A stretch of DNA of 64,000 bases from Candidatus Poribacteria bacterium (GCA_965205025.1 CBDBFU010000004.1:64001-128000); one strand, 5' to 3'; shown: positions 40,046 through 51,197, counted from the stretch's first letter. Numbers and translations are program-made. Notes: generated from the letters alone by a model not told the origin.

Positions 40046-41092
40046 TTAATACACCTGAATATGAGCAATATCAGAGTCTACTACTTCTCCGATAATGGCG
40101 GCTTCTGGACAATTCCCAGAATGTAGTTCTTCTATTGCAGAATCCGCATTCTCTGCAGGAAGTGCAAAGAGTAATCCACCAGATGTTTCTGCTTCCATCA
40201 ATATATGCTGCATCTCATCGGAAACTGTGGACTTAAATGTCACTTTATCAGATAGAAATGCAGTATTGGCAAGATACGCTTGTGTGTAAGTATCTTGAGC
40301 AACAAGAGAAGGAGCATCTGGGAAATATGGGACAGTCTTACAGTTAATCATTAGGCCAATATCATTTCCGCCAGCCATTTCAGATGCATGTCCAAGTAGT
40401 CCATAACCGGTTACATCTGTACAAGCACTCGCATCATACTTTAACATTACTTCAGAAGCCGTAGCATTTAATCTTGTCATAGATTCAACAACTTGTGGCA
40501 ATATCTTATCGCTAATTTTGTCAAATTTTAATCCTGTTGTGAGAATACCTACACCCAGATTCTTCGTTAATATCAGGACATCTCCCGGTTGTGCTCCATA
40601 ATTCTTAATATATTTCTCTGGATGAACAACCCCTGTAACCGCTAATCCATACATCAATTCTGGTGAATCTACTGTATGGCCTCCGACAAGAACAGCCCCT
40701 GATTCTACAACTTTATCCGCGCCACCTTTGATAATATCACCAAGGACTGACAACTCAAGATCAGATTTTGGCCAGCATGTAATATTCAATGCTGTCTTCG
40801 GCTTACCCCCCATACTATACACATCACTTAATGAATTTGTCGCTGCAACAGCACCGAAAGTATATGGATCATCAACAATTGGTGTGAAATAATCTACAGT
40901 ATTAACAAGAGCAATATCATCTGAGAGACGGTATATTCCAGCATCGTCAGATGTTTCAGTTCCTACGAGCAAATTGGGGTCTGTTGATTCTGGCAAGTTA
41001 TCCAATATGTGTTCAAGCTCACCCGGAGCAAGTTTAGATGCTCAGCCAGCACATTTTACAGTAGCAGTTAGACGAATCTTTTGTTTAGTCAT
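40046..41092 (-). CDS. selD: Selenophosphate synthetase, selenocysteine-containing form (U17), 348 aa
   Basis: Frame extends from ATG 41092: MTKQKIRLTATVKCAG-U-ASKLAPGEL with TGA at 41044-41042. Motifs DDAG, DYFTP, NSLSDVYSMGG, GGHT, DVTGYGL.GH, ETSGGLL. Hairpin GCUC-cgggu-GAGC 12 nt after the UGA. Confidence 0.96.
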
Positions 41093-41190
41093 AGTATAGG
41101 ATGTGTATTGAACAGATCTTTGTATGAAGAATTCTATATTATGTGGTTATCATTGAAACCAATTATGATAAACCATTAACATCGTATAGG

Positions 41191-42090
41191 TTAGTCTTTC
41201 AGTTGTTTAAGAACGGTTTTCACATACGCGACACTTCGTCCATCTTGATGGAATTGGTCTCCATAGCGGACACCTTCGATTGCCAAATACCCATCGAAAT
41301 CAACATTATACAATGCGGAAATAGCAAATCGGTAATCAATTTCACCATCAGGTAGTGGAACTTGGACATAAATCGCAGTTTCTAAATCGGGGATATGGAC
41401 TCGATAAAGACTCTTACAATGCCAATAGTTGACATGTGGTGCTAATGCTACAATCGCTTCTTCACAGGTTTCTTCTGGTATGTCGTAAGTCCAATAAATG
41501 TTACCTAAATCCGGATTTAATCCAACGTTAGAAGCATCGATCAACTCAAGTAGATGTAAGGCTGACCAACTATTATCTACAATTGAATTTTGATGAACTT
41601 CAATTGAGATAGAAACATCTTTATCAGAAGCAATTGCCGCTACTTCAGAAATGGCATCCGCTGTCCGTTCATAATCTAAAGTTCCTGCGTGACGACTTGA
41701 ACCTTGAGAAATGGGTTCACCACGATATGTGCCTTTTGCGTTTGGATCCTTTGGAGGTGTAGTGACAGTAGAATTAACTACTTTGGATCCAATTTTAGTA
41801 GCAAAATCCACTGCATTCTTCATGGCTTGTTTATTATTCGATGCAGTTCGAGGATGAGCTGCACCACCTCCACCGCGGACAGCAGCACATGTTAATCCTG
41901 AATCTTCAATCTGTTTTCTAAGATCACCAATTTCTGTATCTGGAAGATTCATCGTTGGTAGTTCAATACCATCAAATCCAATTTCTTTAGTTTTCTTAAG
42001 AAACTGTAGTCGGTTATCTAAATCAGATGGTAACCCTCCACCATTGTATGGAAATAGAGCACATCGTCGAAAAGCATAAGCTATCTTCAT
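41191..42090 (-). CDS. Sugar phosphate isomerase/epimerase (TIM barrel, AP endonuclease 2 superfamily)
   Basis: GFDGIEL, SIEVH, NPDLGN, GEIDY, GYLAIE. Confidence 0.85.
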   Translation of the reverse strand: MKIAYAFRRCALFPYNGGGLPSDLDNRLQFLKKTKEIGFDGIELPTMNLPDTEIGDLRKQIEDSGLTCAAVRGGGGAAHPRTASNNKQAMKNAVDFATKIGSKVVNSTVTTPPKDPNAKGTYRGEPISQGSSRHAGTLDYERTADAISEVAAIASDKDVSISIEVHQNSIVDNSWSALHLLELIDASNVGLNPDLGNIYWTYDIPEETCEEAIVALAPHVNYWHCKSLYRVHIPDLETAIYVQVPLPDGEIDYRFAISALYNVDFDGYLAIEGVRYGDQFHQDGRSVAYVKTVLKQLKD

Positions 42091-42698
42091 CCGTCTTCTC
42101 CATCAAAAAGGTATGTCACAACCTGCTGAAGTTCTTGAAAAAGTTGATTGAATTGTTTTATAACATCCCCATTACACGTCTGCAATTTCTTACTTTCAAT
42201 CTGTGTCCGTAAACTTTCTAATATGTTCTTATAATACCAAGTCTGTTCTGGCAGACCTCCATGAAACCGTTCCCATATAGTGTCCCCAATCAAATCGTAC
42301 TCAGAGATAACTGTACGTAGGTTATGTAGCTTATCGGCACATGTGACTATACACACCTCAGCACTTGCATTCTTTAATGAATTAATACATTCAGTTTTAC
42401 GCGCTCTCCACTTAAGGGACTTATTCTCTGAACAACCATCTACTATATCTGCAATGGTGTCACCAAAATTTTCACGAATGGAAGCGAGTGTTAGATCTGT
42501 GTCTTCAACAGTATCGTGTAGAATACCTGCAATAACCACAGTTTCTGAACATCCTGCATTCATTAACAGTAAACCTACAGCATAGGGATGAGAAATATAA
42601 GGGGTATTAGTTCCTTTCCGAAATTGTCCGTGGTGGGCTTCCGCTGCGACTTCAATTGCTTCCTCAATTCGATTTTTACGAGTTCCTTTTTCAGTCAT
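42087..42698 (-). CDS. HD-domain protein (Mesh1/small alarmone hydrolase-like)
   Basis: HHGQFRK, PYISHP, LHDTVEDT, ADKLHNL. ATGA overlap with the next gene. Confidence 0.8.
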   Translation of the reverse strand: MTEKGTRKNRIEEAIEVAAEAHHGQFRKGTNTPYISHPYAVGLLLMNAGCSETVVIAGILHDTVEDTDLTLASIRENFGDTIADIVDGCSENKSLKWRARKTECINSLKNASAEVCIVTCADKLHNLRTVISEYDLIGDTIWERFHGGLPEQTWYYKNILESLRTQIESKKLQTCNGDVIKQFNQLFQELQQVVTYLFDGEDG

Positions 42699-42925
42699 AC
42701 CACAGGTCGCCAATCCCAAAAGAGTGAGTTGCCATCCTAATTAAACAAAGAGAATGTGAAGTGCGTGTCTTAGAAAAATGAGGATTTTTAGCGTGTTAAA
42801 TGATACACTATTTAATGCTATCGGTCAAGATCTTTTTATACTAACATGAATAATCAATTTAATACCTTGTTATGTTTCTTAACAACGTCAATTCACAATA
42901 GGGGTGTAAATCAAAGGACACATTT

Positions 42926-44380
42926 ATGGGTACAATCGCAATTGGTGGGATAATGCATGAGTCAAATACGTTTAGTACAGTAACAACTGATTTTGATGCA
43001 TTCTCTCATTCTAATGGGGACAATCTTATTGATAAGTGGGAAGATACTCACCATGAAATGGGTGGCTTCATTGAATATTTGGCAGATCAGAACTACAGGA
43101 TGCATCCCACACTCATGGCTTCTGCTACACCCGCTGGTCCTGTAACTGATTCAGCATTTGAGCAACTCACCACTGATCTAATAAATCAATTACTATCATC
43201 ACCGAATTTAAATGGAATACTCTTGGCTTTACATGGTGCGATGGTGGTAGAAAGTTATCCTGATGGGGATGGAGAAGTTCTAAAAAGACTACGTGATAGC
43301 TTCGGTGAATCAATACCGATTGTTGTAACACTTGACCATCACGCGAATGTTTCACAACAAATGGTAGATAAATCAACAGCTCTTGTCATATATAAGACGA
43401 ATCCTCACATAGATCAACGTCAAAGGGGAATACAAGCAGCAGAACTGATGATAAGGATACTTGACGGTGTGGTTTCACCCACACAAGCACTTGCAAAGCC
43501 TCCTATGATATTAAACATACTTTATCAAAATACAAGTGCTGCACCGATGAATCCTATATTAGATGAGGTTAAAAGGCTTGAATCTCAAGGTGACATTCTT
43601 GTAGGTAACGCTGCAGCTGGGTATCCTTATGCTGATGTATACGAAGTTGGTCCATCATTTGTTATCGTAAGCGACAATAATATGCAAATTGCCCAAAAAG
43701 AAGCAGATAGATTATCAGACATGTTATGGGATGAGCATAAAAACTTAACCCTCAATCTTCCAGATGCCGAAAACGCTGTAAAGCAAGCCATAGAGAGTGA
43801 TAAATATCCTGTTATCTTGGTGGAAATGGGGGACAATATCGGTGGTGGTTCACCTGGGGATAGTACTTTTATTCTATCTGAATTAGTCAAACAGAATGCC
43901 TCAGGGTACGTAGTTGTTATCTGTGATCCAGAATGTGTACAATCCTGTAGCCAAGCCGGTGTCGGTAATAAAGTATCCTTACAAGTTGGAGGTAAATCGG
44001 ATAACCAACACGGCGAACCTGTTTCAATACAAGGAACGATACGATCCATCCATGATGGACATTTTATTGAGACGGAACCAAGACATGGAGGACAAAGGAA
44101 TCATGACCAAGGGTTAACTACAGTTGCTGCAGTGGATGACTCTTTGGTTGTATTAACAAGTAAACGTCAAACACCGTTCAGTTTACATCAACTGTATAGC
44201 CTCGGTATTGATCCTGAAAGGATGCGAATAATAGTCGTTAAGGCAGCAATAGCATACCGTGCAGCTTATGAACCAATTGCAGGCAAAATCATTGAAGTTG
44301 ACACTCCTGGATTGACTGCAGTGAATCCATTGCATTTTACATATAACCATGTTCGTAGACCTTTGTTTCCATTGGATTAA
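42926..44380 (+). CDS. MlrC/M81 family metallopeptidase
   Basis: HESNTFS, LHGAM, LDHHAN, NPHID, DNIGGG.PGD. Confidence 0.9.
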   Translation: MGTIAIGGIMHESNTFSTVTTDFDAFSHSNGDNLIDKWEDTHHEMGGFIEYLADQNYRMHPTLMASATPAGPVTDSAFEQLTTDLINQLLSSPNLNGILLALHGAMVVESYPDGDGEVLKRLRDSFGESIPIVVTLDHHANVSQQMVDKSTALVIYKTNPHIDQRQRGIQAAELMIRILDGVVSPTQALAKPPMILNILYQNTSAAPMNPILDEVKRLESQGDILVGNAAAGYPYADVYEVGPSFVIVSDNNMQIAQKEADRLSDMLWDEHKNLTLNLPDAENAVKQAIESDKYPVILVEMGDNIGGGSPGDSTFILSELVKQNASGYVVVICDPECVQSCSQAGVGNKVSLQVGGKSDNQHGEPVSIQGTIRSIHDGHFIETEPRHGGQRNHDQGLTTVAAVDDSLVVLTSKRQTPFSLHQLYSLGIDPERMRIIVVKAAIAYRAAYEPIAGKIIEVDTPGLTAVNPLHFTYNHVRRPLFPLD

Positions 44381-44404
44381 CGTATTTCTCCAAAAGTGTC
44401 AAAA

Positions 44405-44433
44405 TTGACAACTCACTTCTCCTGTGGTATTCT
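44405..44433 (+). promoter_or_regulatory. Sigma70-type promoter
   Basis: TTGACA, 17 bp, TGnTATTCT upstream of 44476. Confidence 0.55.
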
Positions 44434-44475
44434 GAAAAGCAAAGAAAACCAGAAAATGTGTAATGAGGAAGAAAA

Positions 44476-46077
44476 TTGAAACGATTTGGCACACAAGGTC
44501 CTGTTCATCCTGATAGGAATTATATTGTCAGTCGATCAGAAGAGATTAATGACTTCATTGATCGAGTTAAAGATGGACGGTATATTGTAGTCTTCGCCCC
44601 TCGTCAGACTGGTAAAACTACTTTTTTCCAACGAGCACTTGAAGCGTTTGCTAACCCTGAATCAACTTATCTACCTATACAATTGAACTTTGAAGAATAT
44701 CATGACTCTCATCATTCCATCTTTTACAACCACCTGCGTCAAGATATTTATGATGAGATTGAAAAGACACTTCAGAAACGAAATCAACACATGTCAGGTT
44801 CACTTCAGAACTTTATAAATGATGCTGACATTACCGAACATATATCAATGCGAAGATTCTTTATGGAGTTAGATGAGATTGTTAGAAGTGAATTTAATAT
44901 AAAAAGAATCATTCTAATAATTGACGAATTTGATGGTATACCTAAAGTAGCCATCAGTGGATTTCTTCATTCACTTCGTAGAATATATTTGTTAGATTCA
45001 CCTTATAAATGTCCACATAGTGTTGGAATTGTTGGTGTGAAAAATATAGCACAACTCAATTTTGATCGCTCAATTTCTCCATTCAATATTCAAGATGAAT
45101 TCTATCTACCAAACTTTAATCTTGAACAAGTACGAGATCTCCTTCAACAGTATACAGATGAGGTTGGACAGTCATTTGATACGATTGTAGTTGAATCTAT
45201 TCACAAACAGACTGCTGGACAACCATTTCTGGTGAATCGGTTAGCACAAATACTTACTGAAGAATTAGAAATCTCAAAAACTGAAACAATCTCAATTGAA
45301 CATTTTCTACAAGCACACACCCAATTACTTCATGAGAGTAATACGAACATTGAGCATTTGACAACTAATGTTCGACGAAATCCAAAATTCGAGAGTATTT
45401 TGATGAAAATAACTGCTTCAGAGGATAGTGTTCCATTTAACCTAAGGGATGAACTGATTAGTGAACTTTCGACTTATGGTGTCATTCGTAAAGGTACAGA
45501 TGGAATGTGTGAAATAGCGAACCCTATCTATCTATACACCATATTGCAAACATTCAAACCTGCTGTAAATGGATTAGAACAGCAATACCTCCCTGAGGAC
45601 ACGAATAACGGGTTTCTTGATTATCTGAAATCAGATGGACATATCCAAATGGATAGGCTGTTGGATAACTTTCGGGATTTTATTACCCGCGCTGGATATA
45701 AGATATTGGAAGTGCCTGATACCCCTCAAGAATCTGTGGGTCGTCATCTTTTACTGTCATACTTTGAGCAGTTTGTCAAGTTAGTGGGAGGCTTCATGCA
45801 CATTGAAGTGCAATCAGGACGGGGTAGACTTGATTTATTAATCACTCACAACCAACGGAAATATATCGTTGAAACAAAGGTATGGAGAGGGAAAGCCAGA
45901 TATGATGCTGGTAAAAGACAACTTGCTTCGTATCTCAATACCGAAGGTGCTACTGAAGGATATTATGTTGTCTTTGATCACCGAACAAACCCCGAACCTC
46001 GTTCTGAAACAGATGAACTTGATGGTTATCTTATCAGAAGTTATGTAATTCCAGTTATACAACAGCGTCCGACTTAA
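44476..46077 (+). CDS. AAA-like ATPase fused to C-terminal PD-(D/E)XK-like domain
   Basis: APRQTGKT, IIDEFD, SPFNI, GQPFLV. C-terminal GRLDLL..IVETK..QL..Y. Confidence 0.82.
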   Translation: MKRFGTQGPVHPDRNYIVSRSEEINDFIDRVKDGRYIVVFAPRQTGKTTFFQRALEAFANPESTYLPIQLNFEEYHDSHHSIFYNHLRQDIYDEIEKTLQKRNQHMSGSLQNFINDADITEHISMRRFFMELDEIVRSEFNIKRIILIIDEFDGIPKVAISGFLHSLRRIYLLDSPYKCPHSVGIVGVKNIAQLNFDRSISPFNIQDEFYLPNFNLEQVRDLLQQYTDEVGQSFDTIVVESIHKQTAGQPFLVNRLAQILTEELEISKTETISIEHFLQAHTQLLHESNTNIEHLTTNVRRNPKFESILMKITASEDSVPFNLRDELISELSTYGVIRKGTDGMCEIANPIYLYTILQTFKPAVNGLEQQYLPEDTNNGFLDYLKSDGHIQMDRLLDNFRDFITRAGYKILEVPDTPQESVGRHLLLSYFEQFVKLVGGFMHIEVQSGRGRLDLLITHNQRKYIVETKVWRGKARYDAGKRQLASYLNTEGATEGYYVVFDHRTNPEPRSETDELDGYLIRSYVIPVIQQRPT

Positions 46078-46210
46078 AATATTTCCCATACTCTAAGACT
46101 ATCTTCCTGATTTAACCTTCCAATCCTATCCTTCCATATAGATTTTAATCAACCATTAAGAAATATTTTCGTTAAATACAGCATATACTGTTTTAATTAC
46201 GGAGTTTTTT

Positions 46211-48679
46211 ATGCACCATCCGATGTCTGGTCACTCTGGTCGTGGTCGATCTTCACGGATGAGCTCCTATGGTGGAAAATCGCGGTTCAAGAAAAATGGT
46301 GATAATCCATTAAATACAAAAGAAGAAGTGCCTGAACTACTCGAAAAACAGGCGACAGAACTACTTGATAATGGGGAGGAAATAAAAGTAGCTGTTTCAA
46401 CCGACTTGCGTTTTGACAGCACTTATGGAAAAGACTGGTTATTAATTACTGAAAAACGGATCATCGCATTTAATCAGAACGGAGTTATAGGTCATAACAT
46501 CAAGGAAGTTTCTTTAGATTCTGTAGAAGATATTGAAATCCTTGAGATGTATGGTAATAATATTCTCAAAATTATTACAACCGATAATGCAATTGAATTA
46601 GCTCGGTATTCAAAAAAATTAACACAGAAGTTTAATCTTGCCGTTAATGAATTAGAAGAACTATCACAGAATGGTAGAAGTTCTACTGATAAAAACGAAG
46701 GACGGGGTCCAAGTGGAAGACGTGGTCGACGTCGTCCAGGTGGGAAACCAGGAGCTGATAAGAGTCGGTGTGATAAATGCGGACAACCCATCCCCAGTTG
46801 GTCTGGTATCTGTGTCAACTGTGTTCAAAATAGTAAGTTAATTTTCAGGCTCCTCAAGTATTCATTTCCGTATCTACACGTAATCATCCCTGCTTTATTA
46901 TTGATCTTAGTCATTAGGTTCGTCACCTTATACACACCAGTACTGAGCCAACAGTTAATAGATCATATTTTAATCCCTGTAGGAAATGCTGTTTCTAATA
47001 ACCAACCCTTACCTGAAACCACTTGGGGACCTCTCCAAGGCACTGTGGACATGTTAAGTGGTTGGTTCGGACCTATGCCTGCGGGTGGTTCCTTTGGACA
47101 TCTTATCGGTATTGTGTTACTTATGGCTTCCATTCGCTTATTTTCTATGGTCACCTCGTCTATTCGTGGATATATGATGGCATGGGTTGGACAAAATGTC
47201 ACAAGGCGTCTTCAAAATGAAGCCTATGAACATTTAAATACCCTTTCAATTGATTTCTTTCAGGAACGGGATACTGGAAACTTGATGTCCAGAATCACCA
47301 GCGATGTTTCCAGACTTAGAGACTTCATTTCAAACGGACTTCAAGATATAATCGGGGATTCACTAACTCTCATCTATATGTGTATTTTTATGTTCTATGT
47401 CAATTGGTATCTGGCATTTTGGACATTGATACCAATACCGTGTTTAGTATTCTTCACCATCTTTTTTGGAAAGAAGTTGAGTAAAGTATATAGTGTTTTA
47501 TGGAAAAGGTATGCTAATATTAGTTCCATTCTTGCCAGTACTATTCCTGGCGTCAGGGTTGTCAAAGCATTTGCTCGTGAACGTTATGAAATTAGTCGAT
47601 TTAGTGATCTGACCCACCAAGTATTTTCTGGGGAAATGAACGCAGCCAAACTTGGTACTCTTTTTCGGCCAATCATGGAGTTTATCACCTATTCTGGTTC
47701 TATAATAATCTGGTTGATTGGTGGATGGCTGATATTTCAAGATGATATCACATTGGGTACTCTGTTTATGTTTCAATCCTACATGATGCAGTTCTTTGGA
47801 CCAGTACGAACATTATGCCAAATGAATGAAAGGTTCATTAGAGCAGGAACTTCGGCAGAGCGGGTCTTTGATATATTGGATACCCCACCAAGTGTGGCAG
47901 ATAAGCAAGATGCTGTAGCATTAACAAATATCAAAGGTGATATTCAATTTAGAGATGTTTACTTTACTTATGATAATGAGAAAAATGCCCTTAACGGTGT
48001 TAGTTTTGATGTCGATGCTGGTGAAATGATCGGTTTAGTCGGTCATAGTGGAGCAGGTAAGAGTACACTGATAAATTTGATAACACGGTTCTACGATCCC
48101 AACCAAGGATCAATTATTATAGATGGACACGACAGTAAAGATATTCGAGTTAAAGCACTCCGACAACAGGTTGGTGTGGTACTACAAGATCCTTTCCTAT
48201 TTGAAGGAACTATAGCAGAGAATATAGGATATTCCAAACCGGGAGCATCACGATATGAGATTATTGCCGCAGCTAAAGCAGCAAATGCTCACGATTTTAT
48301 TGTTAAATTCCCAGATGGTTACGATACGATGGTTGGTGAACGCGGGGCTCGTGTCTCTGGTGGTGAACGCCAAAGGATTTCCATTGCACGTGCTATCTTG
48401 AAGAATCCGCGTATCCTAATATTAGATGAAGCAACATCTTCAGTTGATACAGAAACTGAGTCGAAAATACAAGAAGCGTTGGAAAGACTCGTCCAAGGTA
48501 GAACAGTATTTGCTATAGCACATAGACTATCTACACTTAAATATGCTGACCGTCTTGTTGTATTAAAAGAGGGTGAGGTAGACGAAATTGGCACACATGA
48601 AGAACTGATTACACAGGGTGGTACCTATGCTGGATTGTGTGAAAAACAGACTGAATTATCCAAGATCCGTGCTTGGTAA
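46211..48679 (+). CDS. ABC exporter (TMD+NBD) with N-terminal PH-like domain and Cys4 ribbon
   Basis: GHSGAGKST, VSGGERQR, LDEATS. N-terminal extension of about 215 aa containing CDKC..CVNC. Confidence 0.9.
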   Translation: MHHPMSGHSGRGRSSRMSSYGGKSRFKKNGDNPLNTKEEVPELLEKQATELLDNGEEIKVAVSTDLRFDSTYGKDWLLITEKRIIAFNQNGVIGHNIKEVSLDSVEDIEILEMYGNNILKIITTDNAIELARYSKKLTQKFNLAVNELEELSQNGRSSTDKNEGRGPSGRRGRRRPGGKPGADKSRCDKCGQPIPSWSGICVNCVQNSKLIFRLLKYSFPYLHVIIPALLLILVIRFVTLYTPVLSQQLIDHILIPVGNAVSNNQPLPETTWGPLQGTVDMLSGWFGPMPAGGSFGHLIGIVLLMASIRLFSMVTSSIRGYMMAWVGQNVTRRLQNEAYEHLNTLSIDFFQERDTGNLMSRITSDVSRLRDFISNGLQDIIGDSLTLIYMCIFMFYVNWYLAFWTLIPIPCLVFFTIFFGKKLSKVYSVLWKRYANISSILASTIPGVRVVKAFARERYEISRFSDLTHQVFSGEMNAAKLGTLFRPIMEFITYSGSIIIWLIGGWLIFQDDITLGTLFMFQSYMMQFFGPVRTLCQMNERFIRAGTSAERVFDILDTPPSVADKQDAVALTNIKGDIQFRDVYFTYDNEKNALNGVSFDVDAGEMIGLVGHSGAGKSTLINLITRFYDPNQGSIIIDGHDSKDIRVKALRQQVGVVLQDPFLFEGTIAENIGYSKPGASRYEIIAAAKAANAHDFIVKFPDGYDTMVGERGARVSGGERQRISIARAILKNPRILILDEATSSVDTETESKIQEALERLVQGRTVFAIAHRLSTLKYADRLVVLKEGEVDEIGTHEELITQGGTYAGLCEKQTELSKIRAW

Positions 48680-48734
48680 ATAACGTTTAATTTCTGTAGT
48701 TTTGTGATAATAGGATTTCATTAGGAGTTAAGCA

Positions 48735-49244
48735 ATGCGGGAAGCAATAAAAGTCACTGATGACTTAATATTTCTTGATGCAAATACGATTAGCATACAA
48801 CGTAATGCATTTGGAGAAATTGTTGTTCAGTTACCCGATGGATATACACATACCAAGGTTGAGCCGATACGTAGTTTTCCTGTAAGTGAAACAACCAGGT
48901 ATATAGCACTTATTGACAGTGAGGGTGAGGAAATTGGCATAATTGAGGATCTGAGAAACTTACCTGCTAAGTCCCGTGAAATACTTGCGGAAGAGTTACA
49001 GAAACGGTATTTTATGCCAAAAATTACAAAAATTAATTCGATTGAAGGACAATACGGGGTGACGCATTGGAATGTTGAAACTTCTCAAGGAGATGTTGAA
49101 TTCGGTATGCGTACACGGTACGATATTGTAACTCTTGAAAATGGACGTGTACTCATTAAGGATGCTGATGGAAATAGGTTTGAAATTGAGAATTATGAGA
49201 AATTAGATCCAAAAAGTTATGCGTTACTTCAAACACAGATATAG
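48735..49244 (+). CDS. DUF1854 family protein
   Basis: RSFP, RYFMPKI, WNVET.QG, DADGNRF. Commonly paired with this ABC transporter type. Confidence 0.8.
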   Translation: MREAIKVTDDLIFLDANTISIQRNAFGEIVVQLPDGYTHTKVEPIRSFPVSETTRYIALIDSEGEEIGIIEDLRNLPAKSREILAEELQKRYFMPKITKINSIEGQYGVTHWNVETSQGDVEFGMRTRYDIVTLENGRVLIKDADGNRFEIENYEKLDPKSYALLQTQI

Positions 49245-49320
49245 CTGCTATAAAACTGCATATTTCTTCTTTAGAATCAGAATAAAATTCACATAATTTG
49301 TAGCGATAAGGAGACCAAAG

Positions 49321-50445
49321 TTGGATAATGTAAAGATTGAACGGATTGAATGGGCGCGTCTAACAGGTGAACGTCCCCGTAAGGCAGGTTGCAACTCGCG
49401 TCTCGGTGAACATGGTTTGCATGTAAGACCACCGATTGCAAGAATAACTACCTCTGACGGGATATCTGGTATAGGGTTTTCATCTATCTCCCGTGATAAA
49501 GCAGAAGCTATAGTTGGATTTCAATTGACTGAAGCATTCGATCCTGAAAATGGAGTTTCAGAAGATTATCAATTTATGGAATACCCTATATGGGATTTGG
49601 TTGGACAGTTACAACAAAAACCTGTATACGAAATGTTGTCCAATGGGAACGGTGACTTTAAAGTACGGTGCTATGATACCTCTCTCTACATTGATGACCT
49701 ACACATAGACGATAATAAAGAAGCAGCTGCTCTAATTGCCTCCGAAGCACTTGAAGGAAAAGCGCGAGGACATAATGCATATAAGATCAAGGTCGGTCGC
49801 GGGGCAATGCACATGCCTCTGGAGAAAGGGAACCAGCGGGATATAGATGTTATTAATGCAGTACGTGAAGCAGTGGGATCTGATGCAACTATTCTTATAG
49901 ATGCCAACAACGGATATAATCTAAATATCACGAAACAGATATTAGGTGAAACAGCGGAGGCAAACGTATATTGGATGGAGGAAGCATTCCATGAAGATGC
50001 ACGGGTATACTCACTCTTAAAAGAATGGTTAAATGCCGAAGGAATAAAGACCAAGATTGCGGATGGAGAAGGTAGTGCATCTCCACATTTAGTTAATTGG
50101 GCAAAAGACGGTATTGTTGATATTCTACAATACGATATATTCCATCCAGGATTTACACGATGGTTAGAATTAGGTCCCGAATTAGATGCAGTAAATGTGG
50201 GAACAGCACCTCATCATTATGGTGGATATTACGGTAATTTCGTTACTGGACATCTCGCAGCTAAAGTTGAGAAGTTTGAGTTTGTTGAATGGGATCATGC
50301 AACAACTCCTGGAATAGATGATTCAGCATATACTATAGAAAACGGATTTATTAATGTGCCAAACCTACCTGGGTTTGGCTTGAGTATTGATGAAGACCCA
50401 TATCAAGAAGCAGTTAAAGAAAACGGTTTCACAGTAAATTTATAA
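49321..50445 (+). CDS. Enolase-superfamily (mandelate racemase-like) protein
   Basis: KIKVGRG, IDANNG, WMEEAF, ADGE, VPNLPGFG. Confidence 0.88.
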   Translation: MDNVKIERIEWARLTGERPRKAGCNSRLGEHGLHVRPPIARITTSDGISGIGFSSISRDKAEAIVGFQLTEAFDPENGVSEDYQFMEYPIWDLVGQLQQKPVYEMLSNGNGDFKVRCYDTSLYIDDLHIDDNKEAAALIASEALEGKARGHNAYKIKVGRGAMHMPLEKGNQRDIDVINAVREAVGSDATILIDANNGYNLNITKQILGETAEANVYWMEEAFHEDARVYSLLKEWLNAEGIKTKIADGEGSASPHLVNWAKDGIVDILQYDIFHPGFTRWLELGPELDAVNVGTAPHHYGGYYGNFVTGHLAAKVEKFEFVEWDHATTPGIDDSAYTIENGFINVPNLPGFGLSIDEDPYQEAVKENGFTVNL

Positions 50446-50459
50446 TAAAGGAATACATA

Positions 50460-51197
50460 ATGCCATTATTGACTGATGCTGATAAAGATTTTTTCAAAGA
50501 AAACGGTTATCTTGTTGTCCGCGGTGCACTTACTCAAGATCAGATTGATGCCGCATTGGATAAAGTTTGGGATTCCCTTGAAGAAGATAGAAATGATCCT
50601 GAATCTTGGATTAAGAAGGGATATCGTACGGCTCCAGTAGGTGGAGATGAAGCTATCAAAGGAACTGTCTATGGAAACAACGTCTTCACTATGGCTGAAG
50701 AGATGGTGGGTGAAGGTAAACTACATCCCGATGGTGGTGCTGGTCCTCACATTAATTTTCCTGATCCTGATAGAGAGTGGAGTCAGCCGATGGGACACTT
50801 AGACGGATACCATACCCCTTCAAATGGAGTTCCAAAAGGGGTTGTCGGTGCATTTACACTTGCTGCTACAGTTTATATTGATAAAGTAGAAAAACAGGGT
50901 GGTGGTTTTACCATCTGGCCAGGAAGTCATAAAATCTGGGCAGAATACTTTAGACACCATGACCTTGATAGCCTTCCGGGTGGTGTTGCTCCGTTTGATC
51001 TCGGTCCAAGTTATGAATTCACAGGTGAAGCAGGGGACGTCTGTTTTTGGCATCACCAAATGAGTCATACAGCAGGACCAAACTGTGGACGTAATGTGAG
51101 AATCGCTCTTATCACAAGATATCGTAGGAAAGATTTAGACGATATTAGATTTGAGACTCCTGAGGATATGTGGAAATATTGGGATGGGTTATCATAG
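50460..51197 (+). CDS. Phytanoyl-CoA dioxygenase (PhyH) family Fe/2OG dioxygenase
   Basis: FFKENGYLVV, HLD facial triad, WPGSH, GDVCFWH..SH, distal Arg. Confidence 0.88.
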   Translation: MPLLTDADKDFFKENGYLVVRGALTQDQIDAALDKVWDSLEEDRNDPESWIKKGYRTAPVGGDEAIKGTVYGNNVFTMAEEMVGEGKLHPDGGAGPHINFPDPDREWSQPMGHLDGYHTPSNGVPKGVVGAFTLAATVYIDKVEKQGGGFTIWPGSHKIWAEYFRHHDLDSLPGGVAPFDLGPSYEFTGEAGDVCFWHHQMSHTAGPNCGRNVRIALITRYRRKDLDDIRFETPEDMWKYWDGLS

